Shown one piece after another: positions 1 to 9,200 of a stretch of DNA of 32,000 nt. Under the pieces are notes generated by a model, which saw only the letters and a program-made list of their open reading frames with translations, searched no databases and was not told where the DNA came from. Source of the DNA: Acaryochloris thomasi RCC1774 (GTDB taxonomy: Bacteria; Cyanobacteriota; Cyanobacteriia; Thermosynechococcales; Thermosynechococcaceae); the NCBI RefSeq assembly GCF_003231495.1, contig NZ_PQWO01000009.1:120001-152000 (forward strand), read 5' to 3'. Position 1 is the first letter of the stretch; each line of letters begins with the position of its first letter. Position numbers and translations under genes: made by a program.

Positions 1-2172
1 GTTCGGTGACAGCGCATGAATCTGATCCACCAGACGCCAGTTCAGAGCTTCGCCGCCTAAAATGATTTGCTGATGGGGGAGAACGGGCTGTGATCCGGCC
101 AAGAGACTCCTTAGATGAGCAGGGACAATTTTCAAAACGTCAATGTCCTGGATATCTTCGGCAAAGGTCACGGCATCTAAGCAGCGTTCGGGGGCCAGAA
201 TATGCAGGCTGTGACCGTGGCAAAGGCAGGGAAACAAGATGGTATGGCCTAAGTCAGCGGCTAAGGTAGAAGCTAATCCCCAATGTCCGGCCTTGGGACT
301 GTTGATGCGTTCAGAAATACCGTGGATGTAATTTGTGAGCTGGCGATGTTCAACGCCGACGCCCTTGGGTTGCCCCGTGGAACCGGAGGTGAACATGATG
401 TAGGCCAGATTCTCTGCTGTTGCGCTGGTGTTTGGAGGTGTGGTGGGTTGCTCTGCCAGGGAGGCAATATCTTGATCAAGATAGAAAACGGGTGTGTTTG
501 GGGGGATGCGATGGTCGACCACCGGCCTTAGGCCATCGCAAAACTGTTCCAGCGTCAGAATCAATGTCGGCTCCACAATCTCAATGCGCTGCTGAAGGGC
601 CACTGCCGGAACCCCAGCATCGACAGGGACATAGGCCGCTCCTGCTTTTAAGATGCTGAAGATGGCGATGATTAGATCCGCGTTGCGATCGCCATACACG
701 ATCACCCGATGTTCAGGGCCAATCCCAAGACTTTGCAAATAGTGGGCGAGCTGGTTCGATCGTTCGTCGAGTTGCTGATAGGTCAACTGCTGGGCAACAT
801 CGACAAGCGCAGTTTGATTGGGGGTCAATGCAGCCTGGGATGCAAACCAGTCATGGACCGTTGGAAAAGGTGCAGGTGATGTCTGGGATGAATGCTTCGG
901 GATTAGACCTGGTAAGGTCAAATGTTCCACGGCTTGATTAGGTGTTGCGATCGCAACGTCTAGAAGCGCCTCAAACAAGACGGCAATTTGCTCAATGCCT
1001 TGCTCTGTGAACTGCTGCAAATCGTTATGCCATTCTAGATACAGAGCCTCACCCTGCTGAATACAGTGAAGCTGAAGCTCAAAGGGATGGAGGTAGCTGG
1101 CCTGCAAGAGCGGCTGCAACGATAGCTCAGAGGTCTTGATTTCAGTGGGCCATTGCGTGTACTCAAAACTGATGCGAGGTAGAGAATCACCAGGACTGAA
1201 ATATTCTTGGTACTGCTTTAGTTCTTGAGTGCGGCTTTCAACATCCTTAAGCACATGAGTAAAAGACTGTCCGGCGGTGAGATTGATCTGCACAGGTAAC
1301 GCTTTGGCAATCAAACCTGCAACTTCTTCTAGTTCTGCGTACTTCCGCCCATCTAAGATAAGGGCTAGTTTGAAGTCGGCGGCATCGGTTAACCGCGAGA
1401 TCAAGAGCTGAAAGGTGGCAAGGTAGATGCTCCGAGTAGAAATTCCTTGATTCTGGACGAACTGAGTGACCTTAGCTACGATATGCGGGGCTAAGGTACG
1501 CGAAATGCATTGAGGGGTAAACCCCACTTCTCTGGATGGCTGGATGGCGAAGGGTAATTTAAGACTCTTAGCCGGGGATTGCCTCTCCCAATACTGACGG
1601 CCTGCAGCAGTCTCTTCTGATTCTAGTAACTCGTTTTGCCATTCCGCGAGGTCTGCATACTGCATGGGTTCGGTGGCTAGAGTCAATTGCTCACAGCCAT
1701 AGAGATCGGCTAATTCTTGGCTGAGCTGTTGCCAAGTTGCGGCATCTGTACACAGTGCGGGGAGTGCTAACACTAAGAAGGCTTGCTCGTGGTAGGGAAG
1801 CAATATGGCTTGCAAACAGGCTCCTGAAGAGAGATCGGGTAGAGCAGAGGGCCAAGTCTTTAAAAATTGATGCAGTTCTGTGCGATCGGTGGAGACGCCC
1901 TTCGCTTGCCAATGCTTTAGGGGCAGTGGGGTGACTTCTTCGATCACCATTAGCGGGACGTTCATGCCGTCCAAAGATTGAAAGCTGGTGTGCAGAATTT
2001 CGTGGCGTTCCACGAGGGCATTGAGTGCTTTGACAAGCTGCTGCGTTTTAAGTTCACCTTGGCAAAGCAGGACACAATGACTCCAGTGCGGGAACTGGGG
2101 GTTTGCTTGGCGCAGTGATAGATAATGCTGCTGCTGTGGCGAGAGTCTAAAGCCTGCGATTTGTTGAGACAT
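1..2172 (-). CDS. Non-ribosomal peptide synthetase, 3'-truncated at window edge: non-catalytic C-like (interface-type) domain + Asp-type adenylation domain (N-terminal part)
   Basis: Missing from the ORF track only because this frame has no stop inside the window. Manual minus-strand translation from ATG 2172-2170 gives MSQQIAGFRLSPQQQHYLSL... I hand-translated 1-420 and 1681-1800 in this frame without stops, and the track lists no stop-bounded minus ORF in this frame, so it appears open for all 724 codons. The C-fold domain carries PALCTD (1744-1761) where HHxxxD is expected. A3 core LAYIMFTSGSTGQPKG lies at 361-408. Specificity residues read by eye against GrsA numbering are D-L-T (AADLGHT), K (LKIVPAH) and I-G (IILGGE), i.e. 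Asp-type. The start overlaps the upstream stop by 1 nt (TAATG). Confidence 0.85.
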   Translation of the reverse strand, partial: MSQQIAGFRLSPQQQHYLSLRQANPQFPHWSHCVLLCQGELKTQQLVKALNALVERHEILHTSFQSLDGMNVPLMVIEEVTPLPLKHWQAKGVSTDRTELHQFLKTWPSALPDLSSGACLQAILLPYHEQAFLVLALPALCTDAATWQQLSQELADLYGCEQLTLATEPMQYADLAEWQNELLESEETAAGRQYWERQSPAKSLKLPFAIQPSREVGFTPQCISRTLAPHIVAKVTQFVQNQGISTRSIYLATFQLLISRLTDAADFKLALILDGRKYAELEEVAGLIAKALPVQINLTAGQSFTHVLKDVESRTQELKQYQEYFSPGDSLPRISFEYTQWPTEIKTSELSLQPLLQASYLHPFELQLHCIQQGEALYLEWHNDLQQFTEQGIEQIAVLFEALLDVAIATPNQAVEHLTLPGLIPKHSSQTSPAPFPTVHDWFASQAALTPNQTALVDVAQQLTYQQLDERSNQLAHYLQSLGIGPEHRVIVYGDRNADLIIAIFSILKAGAAYVPVDAGVPAVALQQRIEIVEPTLILTLEQFCDGLRPVVDHRIPPNTPVFYLDQDIASLAEQPTTPPNTSATAENLAYIMFTSGSTGQPKGVGVEHRQLTNYIHGISERINSPKAGHWGLASTLAADLGHTILFPCLCHGHSLHILAPERCLDAVTFAEDIQDIDVLKIVPAHLRSLLAGSQPVLPHQQIILGGEALNWRLVDQIHALSPN
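912..2172 (-). other. Second C-fold domain lacking catalytic histidines (PALCTD), candidate interface domain
   Basis: LVLALPALCTDAATWQQLSQELADLY (PALCTD at 1744-1761). The N-terminus GFRLSPQQQHYLSL parallels GFQLSTQQRQLWSL of the 9462-12566 protein. It lies immediately downstream of the free-standing TauD gene. Confidence 0.7.
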
Positions 2173-3227
2173 TAGGGACTCTCCTGCGGCGACGGCTTCA
2201 ATTGATGAGTGCTATAGGGGTCGGCCATGCCTGCTAGGACGCGGCGGGAGCCTTTGAAGGGGCGGCGACCGTGGGCGGTGAGCATGTTATCTAGCAGCAA
2301 AACGTCTCCGGCCTGCCAGGGGAACAGAATTGTTTCTTGGGCGTAGGCAGCTCGAATGGTCGCTAGAGCCTCTTCAGGGATTTCGCTGCCGTCACCGAAG
2401 TAGGCGTTGCGGGGCCACTGTTTTTGGCTAAGGCTGGTTTGTAGCTGTTCTTGAGCGGCCCCTAGGTTTGAGACGTGGAAGAGATGGGCTTGGTTAAACC
2501 AGACGGTTTCGTGGGTGTGGGGATGGGTTGCGATCTCATCACAAATCTGTCGAGTCCGAAGCTGATCTTGCCCCCACCACTCGAACTCAATCGCTGCCTG
2601 CTGGCAATAAACCTCAACATCCTGATGATTTTCTGTTTGAAAGACTTCTTGCCAAGGGAGATCTAAACCGCCGCCATAATTGCGAATGTACAGAATGCCT
2701 AACCTTGAAAACTTCTCTTGAATCTCGGCAGGAATATGAGCTAAAACGCGCCGACTATCGGCAATCGGAGTTTCGCCTTGTTCCGTCGCAGGCTGTTCAC
2801 AGTAGAACGCTAGCGTCATCGGCCACTGGCGCGCATAGGCCATTTCGTTATGCAGTGGGATAGCCCGATCTGCAGGATATTCCGTGGAGGTATAGACTTT
2901 CCCTTCTACTTGGGTGCGAGGGGTAGAGCGATAGCTGTAGGTCATTGGGGTTTGGGAGATCGCTTCTATGAACTCTCCGAAGTCTGAGGCTCCGTTGATC
3001 AGGAAATTACGGAATAAAATGCCGCCGTGGGTTTTGAGGAGAGGGGAGATGCGATCGCGATTCTGCCCCGCCCAAGTCTTTAAGCTCAGCCCACTCACAG
3101 CAGGCTGGAAAATCAAAGGCAGTGACTGCGTTTCAGAGAAAAACGATTCCTGCACTAGTTCTTCGCTAGAGACCTGCACTAGACGACGGCGAGTCTTTAA
3201 TAATTTGAGAGAGGGTTTTGCAATCAT
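2172..3227 (-). CDS. Free-standing TauD/TfdA-family Fe(II)/2-oxoglutarate dioxygenase (SyrP-like; predicted aspartyl beta-hydroxylase)
   Basis: 351-aa ORF. It aligns by eye over its whole length with the C-terminal domain of the 2972-aa NRPS, e.g. GKVYTSTEYPADRAIPLHNE vs GKVYGSTPYPDDRAILFHNE and GDVLLLDNMLTAHGRRP vs GDVLMLDNMLMAHGRQP. The His-x-Glu (LHNE) plus distal His-Gly-Arg (AHGR) pattern is typical of the family. It is sandwiched by overlaps (ATGA upstream, TAATG downstream) between a C-terminated NRPS and an Asp-activating NRPS. Confidence 0.9.
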   Translation of the reverse strand: MIAKPSLKLLKTRRRLVQVSSEELVQESFFSETQSLPLIFQPAVSGLSLKTWAGQNRDRISPLLKTHGGILFRNFLINGASDFGEFIEAISQTPMTYSYRSTPRTQVEGKVYTSTEYPADRAIPLHNEMAYARQWPMTLAFYCEQPATEQGETPIADSRRVLAHIPAEIQEKFSRLGILYIRNYGGGLDLPWQEVFQTENHQDVEVYCQQAAIEFEWWGQDQLRTRQICDEIATHPHTHETVWFNQAHLFHVSNLGAAQEQLQTSLSQKQWPRNAYFGDGSEIPEEALATIRAAYAQETILFPWQAGDVLLLDNMLTAHGRRPFKGSRRVLAGMADPYSTHQLKPSPQESP

Positions 3228-6200
3228 GACGACACCTCCTGATTGTCGGGGGCAACCGCTTTGCGTCGAACTCGCTTGAGCTTACTTAAGCTAGAGGTTT
3301 CTAGCGTTTGCATCTGTTGATTCTGATTCTGTTGCTGCTCTACTTGCAAATTGTTGAGTAGATGCCCCACCGTCGTTTGAGAATCTGTCATCTGCCGAAG
3401 AACTGTGGCGAACTGCTGTAGCCAACGTTCAATCTGTGAGGTTTGGAATCTCGTTAAATCCACCATCATTTCTAGTTTGAGAGAGGCACCCGGTAGCACT
3501 CGGACGGTAAGCGGGTAGCTGTTGTTAGAGGTCGAGCGAAAGTCCTGCAACCTAACGGAAGCTGGCATATTTTGAAAGGCTGAGGCATCAACGGGATAAT
3601 TCTCAAACACCAGAAGACTCTCAAAAAGTGAAGTTCCCTTGGAAACGGCAGTGAGTTGCTGAACTTGAGTTAAAGAAGAGTATTCGTACTGGCGAACCGT
3701 GATTTGCTGCTGCTGCAGAGCCATTAACCAAGAAAGGATTTCTAGCTCCGGCTCAATTTGTATTCGCACAGGCAACGTATTGATGAACACTCCGACCATC
3801 TGCTCTGCACCGACGAGTTCAGGGGGGCGACCTGCAGTGGTGGCTCCAAAGACAACGTCTTGCTGAGCGCTGATATGACTCAGTAAGATGCCCCAGGCTC
3901 CTTGAGCGAGGGTATTGGTGGTTAGGCGGTGCCGCTGGCTGAATTCCTGGAGGGTGATTGAGACCTCTTCACTGACAACGTACTCAAGGCAGGTATAACC
4001 CTGTTCGCGATCTGCACGACTGCCCAGAATGGGGTTTGTCTTTCCGCCGAGGGAGGTGGGACTTGAAAAGCCCTGGAGGTACTGACGCCAAAATTGAGTG
4101 GCTTGGTCTTGGTCCTGCTTTGATAACCAGTGAATGTAATCGCGGTAGGGGCATGGGGTTAGGGCTGCAAAGGATTGGCTCTTCTCTAACGCACCGTAAT
4201 GCTGAAAGACCGTTTGCAGCACCAACGGAAGTGACCAGCCATCCAGAATTAGATGGTGGAAGCTCCAGATTAATTCGTGGGTGTCTTCGCTCAGGCGGAC
4301 AAGCTGCACACGCATGAGCGGAGCTTGGTCGAGCGCAAAGCCTTCAACTCGGTCGTCGTAAAGAATTTTTCCTAGAGACTGTTCTAGAGAGTGCTGCTGG
4401 GATGCAATATTGCTGCGTTGGCCCCGTTCGGCTGAACTCATATCGAAGCCTAAATCTCCCAAAATTGGAGGATTTTGATCGTCTCGACTCGAAGCGTCAG
4501 AAGGAACTAGGTCGATTGTGGTCCAAGGGAGACTGACCTGAGGCTCTACATATTGCAGCGGTTGGTCTAATCCTTCCCAGACAAAGGCTGTCCTCAATGC
4601 AGGATGCTGATCAATCACTGCCTGCCAAGCCTGTTGGAGTGCGTTAACGTTCAGATTCCCTTTGAGCTTGTAGGAAAACTGGGTGATGTAAAGGCCGCTG
4701 TTAGGAGCGTAGAGGGTGTGGAATAGAATGCCCTGCTGAGCTGGCGAGAGGGGGTACAGATCTGCAATTTTTCCTTTTGCTGTGATTAGGTGATCTAGCT
4801 GCCGCTGCTGGATGGGCGCGAGGGGGAAATCTGAGGGGGTAAAGCCGCAGTTGTTTGGATCAAGGCAGTGGGAGAGTTGCGATCGCAACTCTCCACAAAA
4901 AGACATCGCCATCGTTTCAATCGTGGCAGCCCGGTACTGGGCTTGACTATACCCAAACCGAAGAGTTAGTTGTCCTGCTGTGATTTCAGCATCAACCGTT
5001 AGTGCGTGTGTGCAGGGATTGTCTAACCCTTTCAATGGCCCCATCGACTCAGGAGCAACAGAAAAGAGAGCATCCGTTCCTAGCTCAAACTGTCCCAGAT
5101 AGTTGAATCGAATAGGCGCAGGGGCTTGGGATTGGAGTTCTGCGTCTCTCGCTAGGTAGCGCAAGACCCCATAACCTAACCCCTGATCAGGAACCTGCCG
5201 CAGTTGTTCTTTAATAGTCTTTAGCGCAGTGCTAAGTTCCGCTGCATCTGATAAATCAAACTGAACAGGATAGAGCGTCGTAAACCAGCCCACCGTCCGG
5301 GAAATATCTATCCCTAGGTCTGCCCGTCCGTGCCCCTCAAAGTCGATGCGGAGAGTTGGCTGTTTTGACCATTGGGTGATGGCGCGAACCAGCGCCGCCA
5401 CCAGCAAATCATTAATAGTCGCGGAGTAAGCTTTGGGGACTCGTTGTAATAACGTTGTGGTCTCTGCAGTTGAAAGCTGGATTTCGTGCGTTCTTCGAGT
5501 GGCGTAGGTATTGCTGCCGTCGGAAAAATCAATGGGCAATGGAGTTGCCTCTACTCCTTGCTGTAGCCAAAAGTCCTTTTGAGCAAGGGCATCATAACCC
5601 TTAAGCTGTTGATTCCATTGTCGAGCGGAGCAGGTTTTAGGGGGAAGGTTCTGCTGCTTGAGTAAGGCTTGAAAGTCGTCGAGCAAGATGCGCCAAGAGA
5701 TACCATCGACAACGAGATGATGGATCGTGATTAAAAGGCGATCTGCTTCTTGAGGGGCCGTGCGGAATAGAGCAATTTGAAGGAGGGGGCCAACTGTGAT
5801 GTTAAGGCTGGACTGTACTTGAGCGGCTGTCTCTGTGATGGCGAGGGACTGCTGTTCAGGAGGAAGCGAGGTAAGGCTGATCTCCTGGCAGAGGATTTCG
5901 TTTGTGGACTCTGGAATCGTTTGGGTCCAGTGGGATTGGGTCGGGGAAAATTGTGTCGGAGAGAATTGCGATCGCAACCCATCATGATGCTGCACTAACC
6001 GCTCAACACACCGCTGCAGTTCAACAAACGTCAGCGACGAAGGCACCTTCAATAGAACCGCTTGATTCCAATGGTCAGGATTTGGGAGTGCCTGCTCAAA
6101 GAACCAGTGCTGAATCGGCAAAAGTGAACTGTTTCCAGCAACCGCTTGCTCGGCTTTAATCACGGGAACCGTACCTGCCACCTGCGCGAGGGAGCGAATC

Positions 6201-9200
6201 GTCTGATGTTGAAATAGTTGTTTCGGCGTGAGCTGCAGGCCAGCTTGGGTTGCCCTCGACACCACCTGCAAGCTCAGAATAGAGTCTCCACCCAGCTCAA
6301 AAAAATTATCATCAATGCCAATAGAGGACACGTTCAGGAGCTGTGACCAGATATCAGCTAACAATTGCTCCGCAGTTGTCTGAGGAGGCTGCTGCTCACG
6401 TTTGTCTGACTCAAAGTGAGGCGGTACTAATGCCCGACGGTCGATCTTCCCATTGGGAGAGAGAGGAAGCTGTAGCAAAGGCACAAAAATCCCAGGCACC
6501 ATGTAGTCTGGCAACTTGGGCGCTAGCCACTTCTGTAGTTCCGCTATCTTCAGTTCACGCTCTAAAACGCCATAGGCCACAAGCTGTTTTGCCCCGGAGG
6601 GCGCGGTGTGGACCTTGACCGCAACTTCTTTAATCTGTGGGTGCTGCTGTAGGGTTGCTTCAATCTCGCCTAGCTCTATCCGTAACCCCCGAATCTTGAC
6701 TTGATGATCAATACGGCCCAAAAACTCCAGCACCCCTGTGGGTAGATAACGCACTAGGTCGCCGGTTTTATACAGCCGTGCCCCCGATTGATCGCAATAG
6801 GGGTCGGGGATGAATTTCTCTGCTGTGAGACCCGGACGATTGAGGTACCCCCGCGCCAAACCAATGCCCCCAATATGCAGCTCTCCCGGCACACCAATAG
6901 GGACGGGATGGAGAAACTGATCTAAAACGTGAAGCTGAATATTAGCGATCGGATATCCCAGCGGAATACTGAGCTGTTGATCGCTGGCTTGGCAGTGCCA
7001 ATGGCTAACGTCAATGGCTGCTTCCGTAGGGCCATAGAGGTTATGAAGTTGGGCTGGTAGATGCTGTTGAAGCTTCTCTTGCAGAGCGACGGGTAGCGCT
7101 TCGCCACTGGCAATCACGGTTTTGAGACAGGAGCATTGTTCAACATCAGGCGTTTCTAAAAAGGCGGAGAGCATCGCCGGAACAAAGTGGATTGTAGAGA
7201 TCTGCTCAGCCTTAATACAGTTGATCAGGTAGGTGCTATCCCGATGGCCTCCTGGCTTAGCCACCACTAACTTGGCTCCGGTCATTAAAGGCCAGAAAAA
7301 TTCCCATACCGACACATCGAAACTGAAAGGGGTTTTCTGCAAGACATGATCGGTTGCATCTAGAGCAAAGGTCTCCTGCATCCACAGCAATCGATTGCAG
7401 ATGGCCGCATGGGTATTCATGGCTCCCTTGGGCTTGCCGGTGGAGCCTGATGTGTAGATGACGTAGGCTAGGTTCGCTGAATGAACTGAACTGTGGAGGT
7501 GGGTTTGGGGCTGTGTGGCAATCTGGTCCTGTTCAAGGGGCAAGCAGGGGACATTCTCGGGTAGACGAGATCGCAACGTCTCCTGCGTCAGGACAAGCGC
7601 GGGCTGAGCATCGGCCACCATATAGGCGATTCTTTCTGCCGGATAGTCTGGGTCGAGAGAGACATAGGCACCGCCTGCTTTGAGAATGCCGAGCAGCGCA
7701 ACCACTAGATCTAGCGATCGCTCTAGGAAAACCCCGACCAGGATATCTGGGCCAATGCCCCTTTCTTTGAGGGTGTGGGCAAGTTGATTGGCGCGAGTAT
7801 CTAACTCTCTATAAGTGAGGGATTTTTGGGTTCCGTTTTCTTCAAGAGAAGCGAGGGAGGTTGCGATCGCATCCGGCGTCCGATCAACCTGCTGTTCAAT
7901 CCAAACATGAAGCGGCTGATCAAGTGGATAGCGGGTCTGGGTTTGGTTCCACTTCTGACGCTGTTCTAAATCGAAAGGTGTCAACAGCGGCAGATCACTA
8001 AGATTTGCTTGAGGATGCTCAACAATTCCCTCCAGCAAAGTATGCCAATGAGCCAACATCCGCTTGATGGTGGCGGAACTATATAAATCGGTGCTGAACT
8101 CCATCAGAGCAGTGAGGCCGTTATTCTGCTCTATACAAATCAAGGTCAAATCAAACTTGGTGGTGTGGGTGTCGTAGCGCAGGGGGGTGAGGGTCAGCCC
8201 TGGAACGGTTAAGGAGGTGGTGGGCACATTTTGTAAAATCAGCATCACCTGAAACAGTGGCGAGTGACTAAGATTACGCAGAACATCCAGCTCGTCTATG
8301 AGTTTTTCGAAGGGTAGATCCTGGTGACCGTAGGCCCCTAGCGTTCGCTCTCGAACTTGCTCTAGCAATTCTTTGAAGGTGGGATTGCCGGATAAATCGG
8401 CTCGCAGAGCCAGGGTATTGAGAAAAAAGCCGATCAGCCCTTCGATTTCTATCTGGTTGCGATTGGCAATGGGAGTACCCACCGTTATATCGGACTGGTG
8501 GGTGTAGCGGTGCAGCAAGACTTGAAAGCTTGCCAGCAAAACCATAAATAGGGTGCAGTCTGTCTCTTGAGCGAGTTGCTCTAGGGCTGCTGTCAACGGT
8601 TCAGGCAGCTCAATAGTGCAGCAATCGCCTTGGTAGGTTTGCTGAGCGGGACGAGGCCGATCTGTTGCAAGAGCTAGAACCGGCGGCAGGGTTTCAAACT
8701 GCTGTCGCCAATAGTCGAGCTGTGTTTCTAGACGCTTTGTTTGGTGCCGCTGCCAGTGGGCAAAGTCGGCGTACTGCATCGGTAAGGGAGGCAAAGCCAC
8801 AGGTTTTGACTGAAGAGCCGAGGTGTAGAGAAGCGCCAGTTCCCGGACAAAAATGCCTGTTGACCAGGCATCAGAAATGATGTGATGGAGCGTAAATAGC
8901 AGAACTGATTCTGCGGCAGAAAGCCCGATCAGCGTGACGCGCAGCAATGGTCCTTTACTGAGATCAAAGGCTTTTGCACCATCTAGAATGGCTAATCGCT
9001 CAATCTCTTGTTCTTGGCCTGCTTGAGATAGCTTCGATAAATTGATCTGCTCAATAGGGAAGCAATCCCATCTTGCGGTACTCTCCCCCCAGAGTTGGGG
9101 GGCCGGGGGGGCGAGTGCAACACCTTTGAAATCATTATTTAGATGCGGATGAATAATCTGCTGAGGCTGTTCGTCCACCGTGGCAAAAGTCGTCCGCAGA

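Noticed and set aside
1-2172. The absence of a long ORF in the track for 1-2172 might indicate a pseudogene or a non-coding gap
   Set aside because: The minus-strand frame starting at ATG 2172 is open to position 1 and encodes intact C-fold and A-domain motifs. The track simply omits ORFs without an in-window stop.
3815-3840. A G6 run encoding GRPPELVG that looks like the element peptide PPELGG
   Set aside because: It lies in the conserved C-domain region (GRPxExxGxExMVGxFINTLP). It has no AGAATT loop, no second G/C run and no inverted partner. This is native sequence.
4826-4850. Paired G5 runs (gggggaaatctgaggggg), plus similar isolated G runs at 8181-8190, 14395-14410 and 20355-20365
   Set aside because: These encode conserved native motifs (TPSDFPLA at the DCL C-domain N-terminus, LTPLRYD, LPPLPIQYADF, SAPLLQVMF) and lack the element architecture.
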